64,000 nucleotides of DNA from the human T2T-CHM13v2.0 reference genome, Homo sapiens: the NCBI RefSeq assembly GCF_009914755.1, contig NC_060943.1, one strand, 5' to 3'. The stretch's first letter is position 1, and every line of letters starts with the position of its first letter. The notes beneath the pieces are model-generated. The model had not been told where the DNA came from. It saw only the letters and a program-made list of their open reading frames with translations, and ran no database searches. Shown here in pieces: positions 1 through 16,877 of the stretch. Made by a program: the position numbers and the translations under genes.

Positions 1-237
1 TTCAAAACCACCCTGGCCAACATGGTGAAACCCGTCTCTACTAAAAATGCAAAAATTAGCCAGACAGGGCTGGGCGCAGTGGCTCACACCTGCAGTCCCA
101 GCACTTTGGGAGGCCGAGGCAGGCGGATAACGAGGTCAGGAGATCAAGACCACCCTGGCCAACATGGTGAAGCCCCGCCTCTACTAAAAATACAAAAATT
201 AGCTGGGCGTGGCAGCGCGTGCCTGTAGTCCCAGCTA

Positions 238-995
<758 letters not shown>

Positions 996-1924
996 CTAGA
1001 CATAATTGTATATGCATTTTATATAAGCATTAGGAACAGGCAAACCTAACTTGTGGTGACAGAAATGAGAAAATGGTCACCTCTGCACGCTATTGGGTGG
1101 GAGAATGCACAAAGGAACCTTCTAATATGACGGGAATGCTCTATATCCTGACCTAGGTGGTGGTTACAAAGATATGTACATAAATTCATTGAGCTTTATA
1201 CTTCAGTTTTATGCTGTAAGTTATCTCCATTTTAAACGTTAAATTTTTAAAGTTTGAAATAAAACAGAATAGAATCAACAACTAGTGTATCAGTACTTTC
1301 AAGATACGCAAAGGATCAGAATGCAGGACCAGCCTGGTGGAGAATACACTGGGGTGGGGAGAACAGGGCCCCAGGTGCTCACATTCCCTCTCCAGCCACA
1401 AGGGGGCTCTCCCCACCTCAGCTCTCTACAGCCAAATCCTCTGGAAAACCCAGCCGCACATGACCTCGCCTATTCAGAAATGTCACTGCTGGCTGGGCCA
1501 GGTGGCTCACCCCTGTAATCCCAGCACTTTGGGAGGTCGAGGTGGGAGACTCACTTGAGTCCAGGAGTTCAAGACCAGTCTGGGCAACATAGTGAGACCC
1601 CGTCTCTACAAAAAAATAGAAAGAGAAATACAATCTCATGATTCAAATATACAACCATTGCGGAAAACTGTCAGTATTTAGCATAAACATATGCATACCT
1701 TATGACCTTGCCCTTCAGGTCCTGGCCTACATACCCAACAGAAATGCATACATATGTTCTCCAAATGACCTGTACAGGAATGTTCCTAGCAGCACTATTT
1801 GTAATTGCCAGAGATCGGCAGCAACCCAAATGCCCTCAACAGTTAGAATGAATAAATAAATCACAGTGGAATGCTATATACATCAATGAGAATGAATGCC
1901 ATGCAACAACATGGATAATTCTCA

Positions 1925-2110
<186 letters not shown>

Positions 2111-2423
2111 CTACTGCAACACAGCAGAAAAGACCGCAGGCTCCCTAGACAGACTGCCTGGGTGTGAGTGCAGCCTTGGCTGGCTGTGTGGTCTTAGACA
2201 AGCTACTTAACCTCTCTGTGCCCCAGCTTCCCCATCTTTAAAATGAGCCAGCTGGGCACAGAGGCTGATGCCTGTAATCCCAGCACTTTGGGAGACCAAG
2301 GTGGGCAGATCATGAGGTCGGGAGTTCGAGACCAGCATGACCAACATGGTGAAACCTCATCTCTACTAAAAATACAAAAATTAGCCAGGCATGGTGATGC
2401 GCACCCGTAATCCCAGCTACTCA

Positions 2424-2522
<99 letters not shown>

Positions 2523-3040
2523 CTATCTCAAAAAAAAAAAAAAAAAAAAAAAAAAAAAGCCTAATTATAGCACCTACCTCATCCAGTTATTGTGAAAATT
2601 AAATGAATGATTATTTGTAGAGCACTGAGAACAGTGGCCATGTATTCCATGAGTGTTACATGACTGTTTTACTATACCCTGGTATTGGACACTGAGATTT
2701 TTCTAATCATTTTATATTTCAGACAATGCTGCAACATACACCCTTATAAACGTATCATTTGCCACAAGTGTGAGAAGTGGAATAGTGGGATAGTGGGATT
2801 GGTGAACCAAAGAGGGTTTGTGCTGGTTACATGAAGAGATGTCAAATTTGTCTCCATTAAAGTTGTACCAATTTACACTCCCACCACAATGAAGGAGAGA
2901 GCTGATTTCTCACCATTACCCTGGTTGTGGTGATGGTTTCACAGGTGAATACATACATCAAAGCTCATCGCTGTATACCTCAAATATGTGCAGCTTTTGC
3001 ATATCAATTACACCTCAATAAAGCTATTTTTTTTTTTTGA

Positions 3041-3337
<297 letters not shown>

Positions 3338-5144
3338 TAAAAATTATCATGGTCTCCCTTTTGAGAAACACGTAGTGGAGAAGGATGATAAATGATTCAA
3401 CTGGGATGCAGCCAGCAAAATCCCAGATGTTGCAAACCCTATGAGAAAAAGGACCCTATTTATTCAGCAAACGTACTGTAAGAGAAGGGAGTGAGGAAGA
3501 GGGAGAATCCAAAAATTAAGACAGAATTAAGATACTGATCCATGAAATGCAATGTGTAGATCTTTGTTTCTCTCATGAGTTGAATAAACCAACTGTGCAA
3601 GAAATGTTTTATGGCGGGGTGTGGTGGCTCACACCTGTAATCCCAGCACTTTGGGAGGCCAAGGAGGGAGCACCTCTTGAGCCTGGGAGTTGGAGACAAG
3701 CCTGGGCAGCACATGAAGACCATCTCTAAAAAAAGAAAAAAATAAGTAACCCAGACATGGTGGTGTACCTGCAGTCCCAGCTACTTGGAAGGCTGAAGCA
3801 AGAGGATTGCTTGAGCCCAGGAGGTCAATAGGCTGCAGTGAACCATGATCACACCACTGCACTCCAGCCTGGATAACAGAGTGAGGCACTGTCTCAAAAA
3901 AAAAAAAAAAAAAAAAAAAGAAGGAGTATTTATGAGACCCCAGTCAAATTTAAGGCACTGACCAGATAGTTAATTATATTAACAAGTTATTAATAACTTT
4001 TAGATATGATAATATATTATGGTCATTTTCTTTTAAGAGTTCTTATAAGATACTAAAGTTTTTGTCTCCTCATTATGTAGCAGTGAAATGATATGTTTGG
4101 GGTTGATCTCAAATTAATTGGAAAGATAGATGAAATAAGAAAAGCTGGGTGGTTAGGGAGGATCACTTGAGCTCAGGAGTTCAAGGCTGCCATGAGCTAT
4201 GATTGCACTACTCCAGCCTGGGCAACAGAACAAGATGAAAGAAAGAAAAGAAAAAGAAAAAGGGAAGGGAAGGGAGAAAGAGAGAAAGAGAGACAGATAA
4301 AGAAAAAGAAGGAAGGAAGGAAGGAAGGAAAAGAGAGAAAGAGAGAAAAAGAGAAAGAAATGGCTGGGTGCCATGGCTCACACCTGTAATCCCAGCACTT
4401 CGGGAGACCAAGTTGGGTGGATCACTTGAGGTCAGGAGTTCAAGATCAGCCAAGCCAACATGGTGAATCCCGGTCTGTCCTAAAAATGCAAAAATTAGCC
4501 AGGTGTGGTGGCGTGTACTTACAATCCCAGCTACTCGAAGGCTGAGGCATGAGAATCGCTTGAACCCAGGACAAGGAGGTTGCAGTGAGCCAAGATCCTG
4601 CCACTGCTCTCCCGCCTGGGTGACAGAGTGAGACTCTGTCAAACAAACAAATAAACAAACAAACAAATAAATAAATCTAAAAACGAAGAAGAAGAAAAGA
4701 GAAGAAAGAAACACTGCTCTGAATCTCTTCCTGCTCTTCTCCCTCCACATACATACCTGCCTCGAGGTTGGTGGAGCTCTGTGTGGTCTCCTTTTAGGGG
4801 TAAGCAGGGGGCAATTTGAGAACTGAGATGCTTCAAGTTATTCCCCAGGCAGGGTTTGGGTTCCCCCAGAAGGATGTTAGCCTGAAAATTTTAAAAGACA
4901 TGGCACAGGTCAGGGATTCCCAGGGTTTTGACCCCAATGGGGACACACAACACCCTGAAAGGGGACCAACTTCTTCCTTCACAGAGCCCTGGAAACACAT
5001 CTTAGCTTTCTGGAAACTTCTTAAGATTCTCTAAGTCCCTCCAGGAAATTTGGAAAAATTCGTCCTCATCAAGGCCATGCTTTTGGTGTATGTAGGTTTC
5101 AGCCACTTTGGTGGATCTGTACTGTCTCGAGTCAACTAAACGGG

Positions 5145-6109
5145 TGTGGGCGGAGGATTACCTAGGTGCCGAGGCAAGAGACTGAAGGCACAAACTGTTT
5201 CAGTATAATAAAAAAAAATAGTTAGAATAAGAATAGTCGTAATACAAATTAGAGATAGAGATGGTCATGGACAATTATCAATCATTATTATAAACATTTA
5301 TCATTAGCTTTTAATATTACTCTTCGTTGCATTACTAATATAACCTAGGAATAACCGGCGGGTATACGGTCAGGTGCTGAAGGGACATTGTCAGAAGTGA
5401 CCTAGAAGGCAAGAGGTGAGCCCTCTGTCACGCCCGCATAAGGGCCGCTTGAGGACTCCTTGGTCAAGCGGTAACGCCAGTGTCTGGGAAGGCACCCATT
5501 ACTTAGCAGACAGCGAAAGGGAGTCTCCTTTCCTTGGAGGAGTCAGGGAACACTCTGCTCCACCAGCTTCTTATGGAAGGCTGGATATTATCCAGGCCTG
5601 CGCGCAGTCATCCGAAGGCCTAAACCCCTCCCTGTAGTGCTGTGCTTCAATGGTCATGCTCCTTGTCCACTTTCATGCTCCTCCTGCACTCCTGGCTCCT
5701 CTTTGAAGTTCGTAGTAGATAAGGGTAGAAGAAATAGTGAAAGTCTTAAAGTCTTTGATCTTTCTTATAAGTGCAGAGAAGAAAACGCTGACGTACGTTG
5801 CCTTCCCTCTCTCTGCTTAGGCTACCCAAGAGGGAAGGGCCCCCGTCCTATGATCACGTGACTTGCTTCACCTTGTCAATCACTTAGAAGATTCACCCTC
5901 CTTACCCTGCCCCCTTGTCTTCTACGCAATAAATATCAGCGAGCCCAGCCTTTTGGGGCCGCTGCCGGTGTCCACGTCTTGATGGTAGTGGTCCCCTGGG
6001 CCCAGCTGTTTTCTCTTTATCTCTTTGTCTTGTGTCTTTATTTATTACAATCTCTCGTCTCCGCACATGGGGAGAACACCCGCTAAGCCCCGTAGGGCTG
6101 GCCCCTACA
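5145..6109 (+). mobile_element. Solo LTR, LTR13A (HERV-K13/HML-4 group)
   Basis: 965 bp with TG...CA ends (TGTGGGCGGAGGATTACC...GGCCCCTACA), matching the recalled LTR13A consensus. AATAAA at 5928-5933. Confidence 0.85.
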
Positions 6110-6262
6110 AGGCAGCCTTCAGAAAGGCCAATGGGGCTGAGGAACTGAAGCCTTCTACCAACAGCAGGCACAGCCTGCCAGTCATGTGAAGGAGCCATCT
6201 TAGAAGCAGATCCTCCAGCTCCAATTGAGCTTCCAGATGACTACAGCAGCCCCGGTCCACGT
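6110..6262 (+). mobile_element. MLT1 (MaLR, MLT1E/F-like) internal LTR fragment
   Basis: GAGGAACTGAAGCC...GCCATCTTAGAAGCAGATCCTCCAGC...CAGATGACT is typical of the middle of an MLT1F LTR. Confidence 0.65.
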
Positions 6263-8059
6263 CAATCGATAAATCAATAAATGCTTATTAGGGCTGGGCA
6301 TGGTGACCCATGCCTGTACTCCCAGCACTTTGGGAGGCAGAAGCAGCAGGATTGCTTGAACCCAGGATTTCAAGACCAACCTGGGCAGCATAGTGAGACC
6401 CCCAACTCTAGAAAAAAATTTTAAAATTAGCCAGGCATGGTGGCTCATGCCTGTAATCCCAGCACTTTGGGAGGCCAAGGCAGGAGTATTGCTTGAGCCT
6501 AGGAGTTCAAGACCAGTCTGGGTAACACGGCGAGACCCCATTTCTATTTTTTTAATAAATAAAATAAAAATAATTTTAAAAATTAGCTGGGCATGGTGGT
6601 GCATGCCTATAGTCTCAGCTACTTAGGAGGCTGAGGCAGGAGGATCACTTGAGCCCAGCAGGTCAAGGCTGCAGTGAGCCATGATGGTACCAGTGCACTC
6701 CAGCCTGGGCGATTAACCAACATTCCAAATGCATCCTCAGGAACAATAAATCTCTCAAATATTGCCTCTACAGGGGAAAAAACCCAAAGGTCCTTAATGA
6801 TGACTCAGAGGGAAGGTTGAAAGATGCTTATCGGAGAGTTTGAGTTATATATCCATCTGTCTATCTATGTATTGGGGTTCACCAACTGTAAAAGCATCGT
6901 TGCTATTACAGATATAAGGCACTCCAAGCCCAAGAGCCCTGAGGGTAGGGAGGTTACTCCAGAAGATCAGGAACCAGGAAACGCCCACACCCACAGTAAC
7001 GGTAAGAATGACAGCTGCAGACCAGACCAGCCCTCTACTGTGATGCTGGAGAGATGAGACCCAGCTGGGATCCCTGGCTCAGGCCCTCATGCCAAGACAG
7101 CTGTCTCTAATCTGCCGGTGACAGCCCAGCCAGCCCATTCTACTCAGGGAAATCATCTGGAATCATCTGGGTCTGGTTATTTTTCACAAGCAGCCAAAAT
7201 CCTGGGAAACTGGTTTGTACAAACCACTAAATTTCCCTGGCTTATAAAATGGCAATAATCACAGTCTGGCTTCATAGAGCTGTCATGACAATTAAGTGGC
7301 TTCTGCAAATCACGTACATGGAACCAGGATGGAATCCAGGTCTATGAGGCGCACACGAGAAAAGATTTTGAAATGAGCTCCAAAGGTCTTGAGATGCATG
7401 AAACCCTCATTATCTGCACCTTTATTTACAAATCAATGCTTAACGGAGCTAAAGGCAAATCTTCATTTTAAGATTAAGAAAGATTAAGATTAATTAAGAA
7501 AACATAGACATATAATGAAAAGATACATACATATATTTAAAAAAACAAAAACAAAAACTGATAATGCAGTGACTAAGAGCAAATAATGCAATGACTAAGA
7601 GCAAATAACATCAAATCATTCACTTCTCATCAACCAGCAAATGTGAATGCCTTCAAAGCTTCCTGCCAACTTCCTCTAGACAACCACACCCAAATGACAA
7701 ATGCAGACACAACAGCTTCTTTGCTTGACTACTCTCTCCTACTTCATTTCCGTTCTCCCCACCCCCTACCCCGCCCCCCCCCCCCGCCGCCTCCACCCCG
7801 GCCCCCGCCGCCAAAACCCTGTGCATCCTGAACCTGGGAGCGTCCTTTAAAGAAGCCATACAAGGGAGCTCCCTGAGGTCCTCCCCTAAACGGCCTCTGA
7901 CTCTCCTACCTGGAAGCAGAGCCCAAGAACTTTGAGCTGATGAGAGGACTCTGGGCTTGGCCGTGTATGGGAAAGCAGCCTGTTGCATGTCAAGAGTGAC
8001 GCCATCTTGAAGCAAAACCGCCGTGATTGGTTTTGCAGACCAACCTGTTGCAGACCAAC

Positions 8060-8231
8060 CTGGAATAGCTGACAGCTGAGTTCCAGACATATGAGAAGGT
8101 ACAGATGACCCAGAAGAACCATCCAGCCAAGCCTAGCTAAATGCCCTACCCACAAACTCAGAAGCTAAAAAAACATGCTACTGAGCTTTGGGGTGGTTTG
8201 TTACACAGCATTATTGTAACTAACCAATACA
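8060..8231 (+). mobile_element. MLT1 LTR 3' fragment
   Basis: Ends in TTTGGGGTGGTTTGTTACACAGCA...AATACA, the typical MLT1 terminus. Confidence 0.6.
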
Positions 8232-9258
8232 AGAAACCTGCAGCTGCTCAGCCAAATCCTGAAGCTAGCCTGCTTGGATTTGAAACCCATCTCCATTACC
8301 TGTCAGCTGAGTGACTTAACTTCCCTGAGCCTTAGATCTCTCATCTATAAAATGGGATAAGAGCAGGTCTAACCCAACAAGATGGTTCCATCATTCAGGA
8401 AACAACAGTTTATGGGGTTCCTCTTGCTCTGTGTGAGAAAGAGACAACAATGACCAAGACAGACTAGGCATGATGGCTCACGCCTGTAACCCCAGCACTT
8501 TGGGAGGCCAAGGTGGGAGGATTGATTGAGCCCAGGAATTGAAAGCCAGCCTGGGTAACATAGCAAGACCCCATCTCTAAAAAAAAAAAAAAAAAAAAAA
8601 ATTAAGAACCTGGGAGGCCGAGGTTGCGGTGAGCCGAGATCGCGCCAATGCACTCCAGCCTGGAGGCGAGAGCGAAACTCCATCTCAAAAAGAAGAAAAA
8701 AAAAATTAAAAATTAGCCAGGGGTGGTAGCTCATGCCCATAGTTCCAGCACTTTGGGAGGTCAAGGTGAGAGGATCACCTAAGCCCAGGAGATTGAGGCT
8801 GAAGTGAGCTATGATCACACCACTACATTCCAGCCTGGGCAACAGAGCAATACCCTGTCTGTAAAAAACCAAAACAGTGACCAAGAGAAAGTTCCATATG
8901 CATAAAAAGCAAACAGATCTACGATATGAAGTCAGGTAGAGAGAAGTAAGTGCTCTGAAGAGAAGCACAACTGACTAAAGGACGGAGGCTGTGATGGGGA
9001 GAGGAGATACTGCTTTCGATAAGGTAGTCAGGGACGCCCACCAAAAGGAGATGACATCCCAGCCACGTGTGAATGAAGAGACCATGAGGGAGGTTTTCCC
9101 AGCAGAGGGAATGGTGGTGCCAAGGTGTAGAAGCGGGCATGAGATTGGTGTGTGTGAGCAATGGAAAGAAGGCTGGCAAGAAGAGGCAAGTGGCAGAATG
9201 GCAGGAGGCGGCATCTAAGAGGCAGGCACAGATCAGAGTATGGGGATAATGGATTTAG

Positions 9259-9539
<281 letters not shown>

Positions 9540-9760
9540 TGAGATTACAGGCGTGAGCCACCGTGTCCAGCCATTTTTTTTTTTAAGGCAGGGTCTTGCT
9601 CTATCGCCCAGGCTGGAGTATAGTGGCACAATCATGGCTCACTGCAGCCTCAACCTCCTGGGCTCAAGCTATTCTCCTGTCTTAGCCTCCCACGTAGCTG
9701 AGACTACAGGCACAGGCCACTCCTAGCTTGGAGTGTGGATTTTATTGTGATTAAATTAGT

Positions 9761-10517
9761 TGTCAACCTAGATAACAAACAGCGAGAGGCTCTCTAAAAG
9801 AAACAAAAATTGGTTGGGCGAGGTGGCTCACGTCTGTAATCCTAGCACTTTGGGAGGCCGAGGCGGGTGGATCACTTGAGGTCAGGAGTTCGAGACGAAC
9901 CTGACCAACATGGCAAAGCCTCATCTCTACTAAAAATACAAAAATTAGCCAGGCATCATGGCAGGTGCATGTAATCCCAGCTGCTAGGGAGGCCAAGGCA
10001 GGAGAATCAGTTGAACCCGGGGGGTGGAGGTTGCAGTGAGCCAAGTTCATGCCACTGCACTCCAGCATGGGCGAAAGAGTGAAACTACATCTCAAAAAAA
10101 AAAAAAAAGTTTATTCAAGAACAGAGAATTGCAATGGGAATAGGAGTGTTATACATATTCAAGGAGGTCAAAGAAGACAAAGGTTTTTAAAGAAAAAAAA
10201 TGAGGAGAATTACATAATGGTTTTGAAATAATCATCTTTGGCTAGAAAAATGAATCACAAAGATGATGCCAGTCTGGGGTTGGACAGGCAGTTGCTGGGC
10301 AAACGTCCTTGCAGAAGTATTTTTCTGTGTAAGTTTGCAATGGTCTTTGTGTGAGATTGTGTTTTTTGCAGTTTTTTTGTGATAGTTTTTGTGATCAGTC
10401 ATACAAGTATGAGAACCCTCTCTCCATGGCTTTCCTTCACTCTGTTGGTCGGAGCTTTTTTTTCTTTTTCTTTTTTTTAACATGAGTGACTCCATTTTGA
10501 TTCTGATAACCTTCAAA
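9761..10517 (-). mobile_element. ERV1-class (MER4-group) LTR interrupted by an Alu (about 9811-10108)
   Basis: Starts TGTCAACC, minus-strand poly(A)-like signal at about 10110, GAGTGACTCCATTTTG motif. Subfamily not resolved. Confidence 0.5.
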
Positions 10518-10738
10518 AGTTCATATGTGCCTGGGTCATGGGGACTGCTTAGTAAATGCTAGCTTTCACTTTACTATTGGAATTTTTACCTCCAAAATGC
10601 AGCATCTCCCCATTCCAAGGTCCTAAGTAGAATGGAAGAGGAGATGCCAGGGAATCTTGACAAGGGAAACTTTCACGGTTGACTCTACATTTGAATTTCT
10701 ATAGCAGGATTAAGTCTGTGTATTATTTACGTGATTTA

Positions 10739-11055
<317 letters not shown>

Positions 11056-11299
11056 CTAGGCATGGTGGTGCACACTTGTGGTCCCAGCTACTTGGAAAAC
11101 TAAGGCAGAAGGATCGCCTAAGCCTAGGAGGTCAAGGCTGCCATGAGCTGCGATCACACCACTGCACCCCAGGCTGGGTGACAGAGCAAGACCCCCTCTC
11201 ACAAAAAAATTTTTAAAAAGATAATGTTAAATATATGTTAGTAGATAAATGTTCACAAAAATCATTAGTGTTGAAGGAAGTGAGGAAAAGATTAAAGGG

Positions 11300-11957
<658 letters not shown>

Positions 11958-11983
11958 CCAGGGTTAAGATTTATAAATTGCTC

Positions 11984-13276
<1,293 letters not shown>

Positions 13277-13556
13277 GCTCAGAACTGTGCTTGGTGCCAT
13301 GAGTGTTTGTCGCATAGCTGTTGGTAAATGCAGGATGGGCATTGCAGGCAGAAGGAACAGGAAGTGCAAAGGTTCTGAGAAGGGAATGGGTCTCTGTGGC
13401 TAAGGCTCATCCAGGAGACCTGCGTGGCTGCAGCGGAGCAGGCAGTGGTTAGTGCAAGAAGTTGCGGCCAGCACAGCGGTCAGGGCCAGACCCTGTGGGC
13501 ATGCCAAGGGCACAGTGCTTCCGCTAAATGAGAAGAGAAGCCACTGGAGTGTTTCA

Positions 13557-13860
<304 letters not shown>

Positions 13861-13873
13861 CTAATAATAATAT

Positions 13874-14513
<640 letters not shown>

Positions 14514-14524
14514 TCAAGGACTGA

Positions 14525-14764
<240 letters not shown>

Positions 14765-15546
14765 TGATCTGCCTGCCTCAGCCTCCCAAAGTGCTGGGAT
14801 TACAGTCATGAGCCAACACGCCTGGCCGGACTAAGCACTTTCACCTTTATTCTTTTCTGTCTCCAAACTCATCCACAATCTCACCCAGCTTGGACTCACC
14901 CCTGGCAGTTCATCTCCACCCTGACCTTGCTTTAGCAATGATCTTTCATTTCATTCATCCCTTCTTTTGGGGCCTTTCCATGACTCTAGACTCTGAGGGT
15001 ATACAATAGTGAGCAATGCAGACTCAGATCCTGCCCAGAACATTCCCTAACACACAGTAGGTGTTCATTAAAAGCTTTTAGAATGAATAAGAATAGTTGT
15101 TTTTTTAAGACCCTACTAACAAAATAAAAAGTTGACATCCTTAATGCTTGACCCTCCAATTTTGTCTTTGAAGCTTGATGGTTCACAATCTCCAAACTGG
15201 TTTACAGCACAAAGTCCCAATGCCAAGGTTCTTTCCCAAATGGGCCTGACCTAATTCCCCAGCCTCATCTCCCTGCTCTCTCCCAGGTTGCTGCACCCAG
15301 TTCCGGACACAAGGCATGTTCGCTCAGGCCTCTGCACGTGCTCCTTGTTATTTAAGATCCCGCTCCTGGTCTTATCCATCACGACCTCTGAGAAGATGTC
15401 CTGGAAACCCAGACAGAGCTTTGTCCCTGTGTCTGCTGCAGATTTAGGTGAATGTTGGTGCAAGTGCATTCGCCAAATAGCAGTAGCACTTTCCGAGAGT
15501 CCAGCCAGGGGCTGGATGCTGATGCTTAGCTGACATTGCTGCTCCA

Positions 15547-15563
15547 AGCCGCCAGAGGGCGCA
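15547..15563 (+). promoter_or_regulatory. CTCF-binding consensus
   Basis: GCCGCCAGAGGGCGC closely fits the CTCF core CCRSYAGRKGGCRC and keeps its CpGs in unique sequence. Confidence 0.7.
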
Positions 15564-15651
15564 TGGAAAACACCAATCTGACTTGCAGGGTGAAAACCCT
15601 ACAGGAGCTCCCAGTTTCTCGTATAATTAACAGTTAAGGTGCCACTGTTCT

Positions 15652-16249
15652 TGTTTTGTTTGTTTGTTTTGAGGCAGGGTCTTGCTCTGTCACCCAGGCT
15701 GGAGTGCGGTGGCGCAATCTCGGCTCTCTGCAGCCTCGTCATCCTGGGCTCAAGTGAACCTCCCACCTTTTGACACAGAAAAGTTGGCTTATCAGTGGTT
15801 CATTTTGTTAACCCATGTTCATGAGTTTCTTGTGATGTGCTAATTTACTGCTGATATTTAGGATAGTCCTGTTGATCCTAATAAATTCCTAATTGTTGTT
15901 CTTGTTTCATCGGTTCACCGTGAACCAGTGGATGTTGTCTCACTCTTATCCCTGATGCACACTGGCACTTTTATATGAAGTGCCCTTGATGACACTAGTG
16001 ATGATGGTTGTCACTAGAGTGGTACTTGCATTCTGGATTATCTTACTGCACTTTAGCTTGCTAGGTGAGCACTCAAACTCCCTAGTAGCTGAGACCACAG
16101 GTGCGTACCACTCAGCTAATTTTTGTATTTTAGCAGAGATGGGGTCTCGCTATATTGCCCAAGCTGGGCAGACTCATGGGCTCAAGTGATCCTCCCATCT
16201 CAGCCTCGCATAGTGCTGGGATTACAGGCATGAGCCACCGCGCCCCACC
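15652..16249 (-). mobile_element. AluJ-type element split by a 305-bp non-Alu insertion
   Basis: Alu sequence stops at ...CCTCCCACCT (15768) and resumes at CAAACTCCCTAGTAGCTG (16074). Flanking TSD AAGRTGCCACTGTT at 15636 and 16250. Confidence 0.85.
15769..16073. other. Unclassified 305-bp insertion of unknown origin
   Basis: No repeat I can recognise. Hand count 38% T, 22% A, 40% GC. Codon-like periodicity and multiple inverted repeats (see findings). Confidence 0.75.
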
Positions 16250-16473
16250 AAGATGCCACTGTTTTTTGTTTGTTTTTCTGGGGCTTGGGGGGCTTTTTTG
16301 TTTTGTTTTTTTGTTGTGGGGGGAGTTCGAGACAGAGTATCACTCTGTTGCCCAGGCAGGAGTGCAGCGGCATGGTCTCGGCTCACTGCAACCTCCGCCT
16401 CCTGGGTTCAAGCGATTCTCCTGCCTCAGCCTCTTGAGTAGCTGGGATTAGTCAGGCCCGCCACCAGGCCTGA

Positions 16474-16877
<404 letters not shown>

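Noticed and set aside
7643-7831. Poly-proline ORF
   Set aside because: Translation of the C-run tract, with a non-ATG start and no exon context.
15769-16073. Explaining the orphan insertion as a NUMT, a 28S rRNA piece or a U13 snoRNA copy
   Set aside because: Only matches of about 9-10 nt (CAGAAAAGTT, GTTCATGAG) to recalled sequences, with no extension and no mtDNA gene recognised. A database search is still needed to exclude these formally.
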